From Hydrurus foetidus (taxonomy: Eukaryota), in the NCBI GenBank assembly GCA_900617105.1, contig UYFQ01000223.1, positions 1 through 64,000 on the forward strand: a stretch of 64,000 bases of DNA, read 5' to 3'. This document shows positions 26,301 to 40,814 of the stretch, piece by piece. The first letter of the stretch is position 1, and each line of letters begins with the position of its first letter. A model generated the notes under the pieces. The model saw only the letters and a list, made by a program, of their open reading frames with translations. It was not told the origin of the DNA and made no database searches. The position numbers were made by a program, and so were the translations under genes.

Positions 26301-29300
26301 TGATGACTGCTTTGGCAGTCGGAAGAGATTTGATATTTTGAGTCACTAACATGAAAATGAAAATTCTCGTGATTTTCGTACGTATTCATAATCTCTAGTT
26401 GAGCAATAAAATAAAATAAAATAAAATATAAATCAAAATAAAATTCAAAATAAATTCTTTAAAATTTTACCGAAGACAGAAAAAATTGTAGTGAAAGCGG
26501 ATTTTGAAAGATGAAAATGACACTTACTAAATTTAGTACGACATTCTTACCTTGAATAAAGTATCCAATGTTTTTTCAAATTCTTTTGAATTTCTCGATT
26601 TTGAAAGAAGTATTGCGGCGTGGCGTAACGGACGTAAATGTGTAAGTACAGCGTCAGAATAATTTTCCAAGTGTTTTTTCTTGCATGCTTTTTCAAAACA
26701 ATTTTGTATTGCTTCAATATCAATATTTAATTGTTGAATTTCGGCACCATCATTTTGTATTGTTTTTCCGTTTATACTCGCGTCTTTTAATAGATTTAAA
26801 TAAATCATTACCACTTTATCAGCACATAATGTTAATAATCTGTAATGATTATATGGTATCAAATAATCCGATTTCTCATCTAATAATTCAGATAAAAAAT
26901 CTAAATCCAGCAAATTAGATGGTGATTGCGTCGAACTGCGACCAGGAACATTTAGTACGGCTTTCCACCTTTTGAACACTTTTTTGTCCAGCACACGACA
27001 CTCATCAACAACGCCTGGAAAATTTTATTTAATTTTTAATTTTTTTGGTGGATTAAAAATCGGTCGTTGATGTAATTGAAAGGAATAGAAATATCAAACA
27101 CGTTTCGAGCAAAATCGCAATCTTGCGAAATAGCGTTGAGACGGATTTGAACATTTACTCGGTAGAATACAACACAATACAATACAATGCAACACAATAC
27201 AATACAATACAATACAATGCAACACAATACAATACAACACAAAATAATACAATACAACACAATACAATACAGTACAATGCAACACAATACAATACAATAC
27301 AATACAATGCAACACAATACAATACAACACAAAATAATACAATACAACACAATACAATACAGTACAATGCAACACACAATAATACAATACAATGAAAACA
27401 CAGTACGATGTAAAACAGTACTAAAAAGACACACAAAAATACTTTTTTTGACCCTCTAATCTCTTCAATAGGGATGGATCCAACAAATAAATGAGAAAGA
27501 AAATCTGGGCACAAAATATTCACATAGAACATAATAAAAAATGTTACCTAGTAGAGTCTTAAAAATGATGCAAGAAATGTAATCCAGCGCCTTACTCGCC
27601 ACTCTTGAGAAAGCATCGTACGCTTTATCGCTCACTCGGGCTATTTGCAATTCATCTAATGTTAATCCAGCACCTAATTCATGTAGAAAAAAAAATGAAA
27701 ATTTAAAATAAAATTTGACTCCGGATGAAAATAGCATTCAGATAGTAAACAGAATTAAAATAGAATATTCCACTTTTCACAGAAATTATTATTGATAATG
27801 TTAACAATGCGAGTAGATGTAGATGCATCCGTAAACAAAACGTATAATGTGCCGACACAAAAATCCCTAAGATACGAAATCTAAAGATTTCTGTATCCAT
27901 TTTTACATCACACAGAATAATAATACTGACAACAAATTGATATCTGCAAAACGAGAAAATAATACAGAACAATTAGCATTTTTTCAAAGATCAAAATTTG
28001 AAAAATACCTTTGGGCGCTTGGCTGTGTTGCTCTGATACCCTGCACTGCGATATCATAGCATCTTCGGTAACTCTTCGACAGTCATTCGCTACACTGCAC
28101 AACCATTCTGCACAACATAAATAAATAAGAAATAAATAGAAAATAAAATACGTGAAGTAGAAATTATCCCGTAGGTTATTTAAATGTAATAGCGACTATT
28201 TAAATGTAAGTAAATCAAAAACAAACAGGCTGTCATCTTTAAAGGCATATTTGGTAAAAGAATGCCTATATTCAATATTGCACTCACCTATTTGAGAATC
28301 TAACTGTTCTCGTTCGTCATCGTCCAAATGGAATTTCTGGGTATCATCTCCTAAGCCATCCATCTAGCGAGGTAGAGAAGAGGTAGAGAAAAGGTAGAGA
28401 AAAGGAAGTGGGGAAATGAGGGAAGGAAAAATAGTAGAACAGAGGAATAATGCAATAACGAGAATTGAACAAAGTGGAAAAAAAGATGTAAAAAGCAGAT
28501 TCAAAAAAACTTGTTTTATTTTTTAAAAAGTTACAAAAAAATTGGAGAAAATATCACACAATTTTCTTCATTTGATGCGATGAAGTTTATCTTACCATTG
28601 ACTTTTCATTTATATTATTTTTCATTGTAACAAGAATTCCATGTTCACTGTCTTGAGATTTAGTATTTTTCGGATCAGTTTTAGTCCAATCTTTGACCTG
28701 CAATTTAAAAAAACAAATAAGTTAGGAATGATAGATATGCATGTTTTTTTTTCTCCATATTATATACATAAAGACGTACGTACGTACATACATGTAGAGT
28801 GAGATTTGATAGTTTGTAGTTTCTTGAATTCAGAATATGTATTATGAGATATAGCAATATGAGGCATTACGTAATTCATATCATAGCAAGATGAATAAAT
28901 AGGACCTAACATAATAGAAACTTCTTGATTTATCAATTCATCTTATATATATGTAATTCAAAAATATACTAAGATGCCATTACATGTTAAATACACAACT
29001 AAATTAGATTTCATTTCATAAAAGAATATAACACGAATTATTATCAATCAGTTATGAAATAAGAAAATAAGAAAAATCAATACCAAGAAAAATGTTACTG
29101 ATAAATATAATCACAATTCATTGAAGTTTTTTAAAATTAAAAATAATTGACTTTACCTTGAGAGCATCTGCATAGACATCTGCTAAATGTTTGTACGCAC
29201 TCGCAAAAGAAAGATGTACGTTCGCATCTAATTTATGTACGTGCTTCGCAAATGAACTTGCGATGTTATGTTCATGTAAACGAGTTAATGCGATGTATTG

Positions 29301-32300
29301 CAGTAAGTACGCGGTACTGTCTTCAGGCAGTAAAGATTGGAACAATCCTACGAGGGGAAAAGGGAGAAAAAACAGTGATAAGAGTTTCAGTTTATGTATT
29401 TCATATCATATAGCACTTGTTATAGTATGATTTTTATTAGACACAAGAATATTTCTCCTTACATAATTTCTCTTTTCTACTCTTACAAAGTAACCATGCG
29501 AAATTCGCATAAAAATCATTATAAAATAAAATCTAGACGGAATAAAATACGTAACATAGTTTTTACCGTTTTCTCCCGCGCTTCTCATCGGATTCCACGG
29601 TAAAGGATACCGGTATTTGCTGGCCAACCCCCCGGCATCTTTCGTTACATCCTTCCAAATCTGAATATCCGGTTAAAAATGAGAAAATAAATTAAATGAC
29701 ATAAAGGAATTGTAATAACGGTGTTGAAGTGCAGCACATCTGGTGGGTATTCGTCAAAGCAGCGAATGAAGGGGACGAAGGAATCAGAAGGGAGTGGATG
29801 TGCGCAAGGGAGTTACATCTGTTATAGGGTATGTAAGAGCTATTACTGAGAAATGAAAAAAATGAAATAGATGCTCATAAGAAAATAGGGGTGAAATAGA
29901 GACAGAAGAAAGAAGGGAAGTAAGAATCGTTCGTATGTCTGTACGTACGTGCACGACACTGTCCACACACGCCTTCATCTCTTGATGCAGCACAGAGGAG
30001 TACCAGGCGAGTAGCGTGTCGAGATTGAGCAGGAGGGAGAGCAGGGGACGAGGCTCAACGGTAAGGTTGAATGGTCGCAGAGCACTCTAAGTACGGACGT
30101 GTTTGATAATATAGAAATGAAAATAAAAAAATAAAGATATGAAAATGTTTGTCGGGTGAAAATCAGTTTTGAATGATTTTCTTTTAGTTGAAAAGTCAAA
30201 CGATATTATTGTTTAAAAAAGCACAAAGTAAAAGACAAATTTTGTAAATAAACATCGTACATAAAAAAGTGACTCGTTTTTATAATATGTACATAACTTA
30301 AAATAAAATCACCTCCAGAATGAGGGCTAGTCGATCGTCATGTCTCATATACGAAGTGATTAGTTCCATTTTACTCTGCAGTCCCTGAATCGACTTCATT
30401 CTAGATTGTCCCTTGAAGAATTGAGCCAACAGTCCCACTAATTCAACGAAATAACCGTTGACCAATATTTGAATTGATTGCTCCAAAAGATCATCCGGTT
30501 TGCCCCTATGATAAAGCAAAAAAAAATAGAATGAAAAGAGGGCTAAACCATAAATGTAAAAAACCCAAAAAGTTAGGGCAGCTTAATCTAACACTAAAAA
30601 TATAGATTTCCTTACCATCCACACAATGCAGTATCTCTGATTCTTGCTTCGGCTTTGTCTAGGAGAAATTCCATTTTGTTGTTCGCTGTTGCCACTTCGT
30701 CACCCATGTCTATTTGAGTCGCTAATAAGTGAAAATAATACGTACGTGAAAATGAATAAAAGTTAAGATAAATTTTTCTCTTAGATGAGCTCACATTTGT
30801 ATTTTATTTCAGATTTCAAAATTAAATTTAAAATGATGACATTACAACAAATAAAACAACATCCATATAGTGTAACATATCATGTAGTACAATGTAATGT
30901 CACCTGTATCGAAGTCTTTTATCATGATATGTCTCACAGCGCTCTCATTGAAGTTGTGCGAGCCATCCAACTTTGCACCGTATAGCGCACCGATATAGGC
31001 TCGAAGTCTGGGAGAGGAAGGGGGGGAGAAACGGGACGGGACGGGTGGGGGATGATGGAAGGGGGAGTAAGATAGACTATACATTGCAGAATTATTTGGG
31101 GGAGGCTAATATTCGAAATAAAATAAAATTGTTCGGCATTGATAACACGAAAAAAATGACATACAAAATATCAAATTAAATTTCTCACCTGAAAGCTCTT
31201 CTAATAATAACTTCGCGTTCTGCGAGTAGACTGATATCCTTTCTGTTACCGGTTAGGAAGAATCTTTCCAATTGAGATGCTCTAGCTTCCAACTCTAACG
31301 CCTTCATTTTTAATTTTATTTGGTAGAAATATGCGTGTAAATGGTACTAAATAATGGAATAAAAGTAGTAAGATATGTATAGATAAATAGTTGGAACGGT
31401 GTGTTAAATGAAAGAATAAATAATCCAATTAAAGGAAGAGAGAGTAAGTAATAATGCGATATACTAAATTTGACAGAGCAAAAAAAGAATAAGGGTTTAA
31501 TAAATATGGATGAGAAGTGTTTCGTTAATTTGCAGAGGGTTAAACTTTACTTTATTAAATTACTTTATACGGGCAATTAAATTTCCCACATCATCACAAT
31601 ATTGAACGTGCGTTTTCGACCAAAAAATAAGGGAAAAAACGAATAAAATGCGAAATGAAATAAAAATAAGGATAAAATACGAAATAAAATAATAATAATA
31701 ATAATACCTCATTGTCTAAAAAGGCAGCAGCAGCAGAAGCTCGTGAAAAATCATCTTCCTCTTCTTCTTCCTCTTCTTCATCCCCTTTCTCACTATTTGA
31801 CATTCTTCTGGAGGAATTTGCCTCGCTGCTAAAACCGTTTTCGTTTTCCTCGCCTTTTCCTCTACCTCCATCTCTAGTACTCTCATCGTCATCGAAATCG
31901 AGACCATCGAAAGAAGATTCTTTATCCAGAGCATTTCTCGCCATCAGACTCTTACTGCTTGGCGATATTGCCACTAAAAATAAATAAATGATAAATGATC
32001 AAAAAGGATTGAGTTGATGATGGGTGAGATGATGTACATGTTAGGATAGATTTAAATAATGGACGTTGTTACTGCTGTAGTAATATCTGAAATATGAATG
32101 GTAAAGAGTTGTAAAAAAGAAAAAGTAATTAAAAAAAAGAACACGAAAAATAAGAGAACAATATTTTGATAAAAGAGTGAAATTAAGACTTACTTGATAC
32201 AGATCGATTCTTAGGATGTATGTAAGAAGCTGCTTTGAAAAGAGGTTCTTTCTTCCTCGCTGCACTGGGAACACCAGAAATGTTGCCGGAAGATAATACA

Positions 32301-35300
32301 GTTTTCATCTCACTCCTGTTTACATGTAAAGTTGAAAATGATAATAATATGATATCTACATATTAAGAATTACATTCGATGTAATGGAATTATGAAGCAA
32401 TGAATATATCTCATAGAATCTTAAAAATGAAATCATAAAAGAAACCTTCACTGTATTCGATGTGATAAAAAAAATAGAAATATGAAAATAGTTCAAAAGA
32501 ATCAGATTTCAATATATTTGATGCAGTTACCTAATATGTGCAAATTTCATTCTTTCTTCCAGTAAACTTTTGAGACAATAGGCTGGACACCCCGAAATAA
32601 ATAGTTCGATATCAACAGGTCTGAATATTTGATGTCCGCTTTCTTCTCCAAAATATCTGTGGACCTTTGGGGAATGAAAATAAAGAAGAAATTAGAGAGA
32701 TAAATAAAAATAAGAAAGAATGAAAGAGGGAAGAGAAAAATAGATAAACAAATAGCTCAATAAATAGTATAAGAAAATACTGGGGTATGGCTTCAGGTGA
32801 TGTTAATATTGTATCGAGTAGAAGTGGAGAAATATTTATACTAGATTCAATGGCTATATAATGATAAATCTAATAATAATACAATGAAAAAAATGGTGTC
32901 TGATTTATTTTACAGATTTTTCTAGTGAGGGAATACATATCTATTGATAAATAGATAGATAGATAAATAGATAGATATATAGATGTACATGTATGCAGAT
33001 AGACCTAAAGATAAATCATATACGTGCTGTAACGTACCTCCATCGTAACGGACAGTACGGACGGTGTGATTAATTCCACTGATGACACCTACAGGGATGA
33101 AAAAAAAGAGGGAGAAAAAAAGAAATTAAGGAATATATGTAACAAGGAGAAAAGGGTCAAGGAGAGAAGTACGAGTAAGAAATGAAATTACAAGATAAAT
33201 AAGAAGAAGAGAAAAAAAGAAAAGAGAAAAGAAGGATTCAATAATTCATGAAATCATGCAGTCAAAAAAAATAATAATATAGAACGAAGTTGTTCTGCCA
33301 CGTACCTGTTCCCAGGGAACAATAATAGAAGAAGACATAGCTGAGGAACGTTCTTTGCACAGTCCAAGAACAACATGTTTGTCCTTCTGATATTCCTAAG
33401 AAATTATTATGCGGTATTTGGTATTAATTTTCGCGTTTACAGTTGTGGAGACCTATTTCCCCTTCATTACTACACTTGAAGTGCTTGGATGCACAGTGAA
33501 ACAAATCGTATTTACATACACCATCCAACAACCATAGTCTATTTGAAATGGTAAATTACCCGCAGCATAATAATTATAGAACGCAATTGTTTGACACATT
33601 ACTGCGGCTGTTAAGATACATTAATCGATAAATAATATGTGATGTAATACACGAAAATCTCCATGAAAATGTAATATACGATAATCCTTATCATAATACA
33701 ATTCAATTCACAACACATAAAAAAAATGATTCAATTCATTTTCCTCGTTGTCCAATTTAAAAGTGATGCAAAATATTTACCTGAAGTCTGAACTGTCTCG
33801 TATCCGCTCGATTTACCCCAGGGTTTTGATTTTTGGCCCCTAAAATCGGGTCATCCGGATGATAGAAAGAATTCGGAATGTCATCTGTTTTTGTTGAATT
33901 TTCCAAATCGTCTCCATCTTCATCATCATCATTTTCATCAGAGTTTCCATCTTCCTTTTCATCTTCTTCTTCTTCCTGCTCGTCATCCACATCGTCAACA
34001 ACATGATCCACTTGTTCATGTAAACCCTGACCTCTATTTTTTTCAATTCCTTTCCCCTCCTCATTTTTTTCATTTTCTTTTCTTGGTGATTTTTTTCTTG
34101 ATGAATTTTTCGCACTAGCAACTATTGGAGTGGGTGAGAGAGTAAATCCAATTAAACGATGTGCTCTAATCCACTTTCTCCTACGTACAAAACTCATTAT
34201 CTTTTTCTTCATCTGTTTCCCTTTGATATAGCCTGCGATGTAAGCAATAGCAATAAACAAAATGCATTTTGATGATAGAATAAAAGGAACATTATTGTAC
34301 AATACACATCAAAATCGACAATAAAATTACTGTGATAAAATTACTGTGATAAAATCCATATGAGAATTAAAAGTTGCTTGATAGGTTTTTCGATATCTTT
34401 AACATCATGCATAAGATAGCATTTGTCAAAAGTGTAGGAGAAAATAAAAAGTTGGTAAAATTATCGGGAAAAAGTTTAGTAATTACCTTTTGATAAATTT
34501 GAAAAATTCGTCGCGTAACTCCAACCATCATTATCAGTTTGATTATTCTTAATTTCAACACATAATTTCCAATCGCCGATCCATTCATGATCATTAGGAG
34601 GCAGGGCGGTTGAGATATTATCGAAATGTGGTAATATGTGACCGCTTTCATCTGTGTATTGTGTCACCCCAATACATTTCAAATGCCTTTATAAAAAATA
34701 AAAATCAGTGGAACATTAAGCCTCATAGGTGTCCACGTGAAATAGAACAACGAAAAGAATTTAAAAGCGTAACTTCAAATTTAATCGAGTATTCATAATC
34801 TCCTTCAATTTTTTTGACAAAAATATTCGATATCGAAATTCATATAGAATACGAGGAAAAAAAATACGAGATATATCCGATATCATTTGGAGTGACAATA
34901 ATGGTGTTATATACTCACACCTAAATAAATAAATATGATGTAACATCAAACCCTTCCAAACAAGATATCATGCACGAAATATAAAATTTAAAATTTGTGG
35001 AATTTCACAGGTCCATGAATTTACTTACTTTGATCCCCAGTCAAAAGGAGGTAAAAGATTCCTACGCTGATTTTCAAAAACCGTTACATCTGAATTGTTT
35101 TTCTGTAGAGATTGTTTGCGTAACAACCTGTGTTGCTCCATTTCACTGAATTTAATGTAGAAGAAAAGAGTGTTAGTTGATAAGTTTAATTTAATATTTT
35201 TAGTATTCTCATAAACAATAATTCTACAAGAAAAAATAATTCATTAAAATAATTCATTATTTCGTGTAAAAAAATTAGTATTTGATTACGAAAAAGCGAC

Positions 35301-38300
35301 AGCAGTATCATTACATGAGAACACATAGAGATTTAAGACAATTTTATTTAGAAATCAACAAAGAATTCACCGATTAGAAGGCATGAATTATTTATAATTC
35401 ATACAGAATATATTTAAAATGTATAGATTAGAATGTGCAATTGCGTAATTCAACAGAACGCATAATTTTACGGTTTTATAATGTATAATAGTATAGTTAA
35501 CATGGAATAAATTGTTTTACCGTGAGCTTCCGACAGCTACGTCCATCTCCAATTCGCTAACATCTCCGACAGACAAATTCTCATTTTCTTCTTTCTTATT
35601 AACAACATGCCTCATTTTATTTTTATAATCATTTATTTCATCGCTATGATTTTCACTTTCTTCATCACTGCCATCACATAAATTATTTATTCCTATGCTG
35701 TTTTTTGATTTCTTACTACTATCATCATTTTTTTTCTGTAATGATTTATTGCCTTCTTTAATCGCCATCAATGATTTAGAATTTTGTTTTTCAAGTAGTC
35801 CAATTTTTTTCTCATTTTCTTCCACTTGTGCTACATATTCAGCGAGCAATTTTGATTTTTTAATTCTTTCATTTTCGTTTAATTCCAGCAATGCTAGTGA
35901 TCTTTTTTCTTCTTTTTTCACATTTTTTTGATCTTTTTTCATTTGTTTTTCATCTTTTTGCATTTGTTTCGTAGGGGTTGTAAAAGAAACCCTTTTTTTA
36001 AAAGTACCGTCATTCGTACTTTTTGATCCTAAAACTTCACTAGATGAGACTTTTGTACCTAAATTAAAAATATCCGTAACAAAACTTATTGGTTTTAACC
36101 TCCTATTGAATACGAAATCATTTTCCGACACTCCTTGTAGCACTAGTCCTTCATACCCAGGAGCGATGCAGAAATTTTCAACCGTGTATGCCGAAGAATT
36201 ATCCCGTAATGCTCCGGCCAACACGCCCTCGGCCGGCCACATCGAAAAGTATTCACTACTTTCCTTTAGCAAACAACGTAGTGTTATCACACCCACTGGC
36301 TCGGGTGCTCCTTTTATGCCGACCATATTACCGGCTATACCGATCCCCCCCACAATTCCACCGGCTATCCCGCCAATTATGCCGGAGCCGATACCTCCGG
36401 CCAACCCGCCAACTAGGCCGACCCCCCCGGCTATTCCTATCCCGATATCTCCGGCCAACCCGATACCCCCGGTAACCCCGTTATAAATTCCTTTTCCAAC
36501 ATTTTCAACAACGCCTGCATATTTTTTTGGAATTCCATTATTGTTGATCCCAGTTCCCACCCCCGGTCCTGGGGGAGTTAAAAAAATATTTTCATCACTT
36601 AAACTTTCTGTGTAAGTACCATCTGATTTTCTGCTAATATTATCATTAACATTATTTTCCGTAATATTGTGATTGTTTCCATTGTTTTTTAGTATTTCAT
36701 TTGGTGTTGTTTGACATATTTCATTACTCTCATTATTCTCATTGACAGAGCTTTGAATTATATTTGTATTACCATGTACTGAAGCCGCGCTGGACGACAT
36801 AGGAACTGACCATAATCTTTTTAATCGAATACATAATCTTGCCTCACTATTTTTACCATTTTCAGTGTGGCAAATACGGAATATTTTTTCTTCTTCATCA
36901 ATGGTGAAATCTGAAATAGGAACGTACACAACTCCGAACGTACTGTCTGATAACATGTCCGTACAATGCACTTCTAAACACACGTACTCAGCCCATTCTA
37001 ATCCGCCATGAGATGGACATAATGTAAATACGTGGTCTTTGTAATTCGTTATCATACACCCATTCGAATATTCGTCAATTGCCGAAATGTCTTTACACGT
37101 TTTTACCGCTACACTTTTTAAATCCGTTACACCTCCTACTTTTGGAATTCTTAAAGAAGACTTTTTCTTTCTTTTTCCATGCCATTGAGCGTACGTACAT
37201 TTTACGTACGTGTGGTTTTGTTGATCTCCAATAGAATACCCTTTTACTAATATTATTTGTAGTGCACCTGTCGCATAAAAATGCCAAAATAAATCGAATC
37301 AAAATAATTGTCATATGATAACTATCGTACAATACAATGCAGAACAATAAAAGAGAAGAATCGAGGCAAAATAACTATGATAATATGTAACACATGATAA
37401 TGACAATAATGATAATAGTAATAACATATAGAAGAAATAAATTTCTACATGTGATGTCAACCAACCAATTAATGTGATTGCCGTACCTAATTTCGGATCA
37501 CTTAGGGCAATTTGTAATTCGTTTGTTTTCATTCCAAGATCAGCACTCGCACCTAGTGAAGAAAATCCTGGGGAAAATAAATAAAATGGTAAAATTAGTT
37601 TTTTGGTGACAAAGTTTTGCATCGGGAAAGAGTACTTATTTTCGAAGTCACGTTTACGCAGAATATTACGTATGTCTTCTTACTGTTTTCACTTGATTAT
37701 GTACTTCAATAATTTACACTTGTTGACAAAAATAAAATGTTGCGTATAAAGGTAGAGTCGATAAAAATATTTTCACTCTATATTATGTTACACATTACCT
37801 GACCCAGCTTGAGAGAGAGATTCGTTGGAAAGAGATGCATCGGAATGTGATCTGTGAATCCTGGCGGCATCTTTCGAGGTAGTGTCGGAGGTAGTGTAGC
37901 CGAAACTGTTCGGCGTAATATACGGCATATCGTTTTGATTCTGATTTTGATGTTGAAATTGGTTTTGAGAGTAATTTTGATTTTGATATGTTTGATCATT
38001 TGTCACCGATTTGATACTGCTATTGCTATCGTTACTTTCATATCGACTAAAATTAAAATGAGTATTATTGGATCTTAACGGTAGCAACAAAGAAAATGGG
38101 ACGTATTGGTAGCCCACTAAGTGCTCCATACCGCTTACGCCTCGATACAAGAAAACCTGAAATCCTCCCGCTTTTGAATTCCCATTTCCACTTCCATTTC
38201 CAGTGACAATACTTGAATTTACTGAACTTTCAAAATTAGTACTACATTCTCCACTTCTAGTACTTCCAGATTTTTTTATACCCTCACTTTCGCCACTATT

Positions 38301-40388
38301 TTTCCCTATTTTTTCATTACTTTTAGATTGTGCAATTGGAAAATCAATACTGTTTTTTTCAAAATCATTTTCACTGACGTCAACATATACACTCTCTCCC
38401 CACACTGGTCTTTTCCCATATGCTTTTTTAGTCGTATGTGAGTGATTTATTGCTTTTATAACCATAAATGTATGTGACAAATGCTTGGCCGGATTTGACA
38501 TTTTTATGACGGATTTTACGGCTGATTGTCCCGTGCTAAAAGAATTCATTGATAAATTTTTCACAGAAAATTTCTGTTTTTTCTTTTCTGCAATCATTAA
38601 TTCGGTTGCTTTTTCGATTTCAAAATCATCATCGTCATCACTATTTCCATCCAATGCAATATCTGGATTATTTTCAGTATTCGTTTTTTTATTGTCGTGG
38701 CTATATGCTGAGACGATTTCTATTTGTAAATTTGAAGATAATGGTTTGACAGTATCAGTTGACAGATGTATCGCTGCCAAGGAAGAAAAGTTAACAACAA
38801 TTCTTTTTTTCTTCTTTTCTTTCGCATCTTTTGAGCCTAGTGGAATTATCTGACCGATTGTATGACTCGCAACCGAGCCAGCGACATGGCCTATGGTGTG
38901 CAGAGGAAGAACATGGTGGATTGGAAGTGCGTGTCCGATTGTGTGTACAACTCCTTTGACTCCTTCTGCTTCGTGTTTTACGGTACAATTTAGAGTTAAA
39001 TCTGCCACATTTAATTCACAACTTCCTATGTGTGTTTCCTAATGTAAATATATAAGTATACAAATAAATAAATGAGTAAATAAATGAGTAAATAAATAAA
39101 TAAATAAATAAATTATGCATTAATGAAAAGATTAATTTATAAATAACAATGTGTGGATAAATAAATATATAAACGAATTAACAAGCAAATGAATTCATTC
39201 ATAAACAGATGCATGTATAGATTAATAAACACCTACAATGTAGAAATATAAATACTTCCATAATTTCCTTCCACTTACCTCCAAGCCAGTGCTGCTTCTT
39301 AATACGATAGATAGCGCGCTGATAAGTTTCCCAGTCACAGCCCATGCAGGCAATTCAACTGCTTCAGCACTTCCTTCTCCTCCTTGTCTAGTTTTCTTCA
39401 ATTCTCCTTTTTGAATACTAATAACTAATTTCAACCACTTCATCCAAACCCAGATTAAATAATGATTTTTCCTGTCAGGGAATACAAGTGTACAACTTGA
39501 TTTATCTTTGAATTCAAGCACAATCACTGCTTCAGCTGATGGGGAATGTGTAGTGTATTCACCATTTTCGACCTGAAATCGAGTTGAACTTTGTAATGCT
39601 CGAAAAGAACGCAAAAGCGTCATCGGTAACAAATCTTCAGAGATAGAAATAAATTGTTTATTTTTCTCAGGACTCCTAGGAATGCTGGTGTTCTGCGTAG
39701 CACGTGCTGATAATATCGCAGTCTGGCAGCGAAGCAGTGAGCGAACATCGCACATTAAATCCCTCAGAAGTCCTTTGTTAATAACTTGAAGCACTGGATC
39801 TTGATCAGCTCGAAGAAAAGGAGACTTCATCATTGTCATATAAATGGGAGCACTGTCCAATCCTAGAGAATAATCTCCCACATGTTGTCCAAGACAATTA
39901 TCTATCTCCTCCCTCAGCATCGAAGACATTCCGTAGGAAACTTCTAGTGACGGTGTTTCGTTCTGCATGATTCGGATGAGCGTTTCGCTCTTCCCCACAT
40001 GCAGACTGAAGCTCAGAGTCCCTTTCGCAAGTTCTTCAGAATCCTCTCTTTGTCTTAGGGGGTAGTTCTTCTCAAGAACTTCATTCTTATACAGCGTAGA
40101 AAGGTCGACAGAAGTTACACCGAGAATGTCGTCATTCTTGCCAGAATCTTCATCATAGAGTCTGAATGTCAGCACAGAGTGAACATGAGTCAAAGGAACA
40201 ATGAACTTTACTCCCCACACTGGGTTTAAATTTCTGTAAATAGTTGGCGTACGCCCTATCTCTTTCTTGTCAAGCAATAATATCACGTAGGGGTCACTCG
40301 ATGTGAAGTCAGCAATCGCCAACTTATGAGCTGAGTGCACTACGATAGTCAATAGAAATGGATGCGCGATACTAGCAGCGTCTTTCAT
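23360..40388 (-). CDS. Very large multi-exon protein: N-terminal C2, further C2-like domains, DysF/peroxin-like domain, Sec6/CATCHR-like helical region, C-terminal C2
   Basis: Canonical C2 at the start (AHKLAIADFTSSDPYV...NLNPVW...LYDEDSGKNDDILG). DysF motifs VFENQRR, EWIGDW...DGWSYA..F and FVRRRKWIR. Helical exons at 26-31 kb and a C2-like end (LWSPQPYLEL...GEFKVG). The exons I checked between 33.8 and 31.9 kb splice in frame, supporting a single gene. Confidence 0.72.
27165..27392. repeat. Intronic (AATAC/AACAC)n compound microsatellite
   Basis: Pentamer-based array; explains the spurious Cys-rich ORFs. Confidence 0.92.
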
Positions 40389-40814
40389 AGTACTGCTTGT
40401 CCTGTGTTACTAGTTATTGCGAATGGGAGTGCTCCAGTACTAGACAATATGCACCGTTTGTTCAATTGGAGTAGCTCAAAAGCCGCAGGACTCAACCGCC
40501 ACAGCAAACATCCACATTTGAAAGGCAAATGTCAAGAACTGCAAAACTTTGCCCAACATCTACGTAATCCAATTCTATCGTAGGAAGGAGTTTATTGGAA
40601 GCCTCTGAGAAGTACGGCGTGTGGAGCGTGAACCCACACACGTTCCCAGTTCCGAGATCGAGTTCTCGGTCTTTTTTTGGGACTTTCTTCGGTGAAATTT
40701 TGGTCATCGCTCAGGCCACAATTCACCGGTGCGATAAAATTGTGCCGTAGAGTCATCTACGACAAAATTCCACAGAAACATTGTTTCATCGATACCATAG
40801 ACCGGAAAATTGGC

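Noticed and set aside
36240..36490. GC-rich Gly-rich repeat as a separate element
   Set aside because: It is an in-frame low-complexity GGI/GLAG segment within an exon of the large C2 gene.
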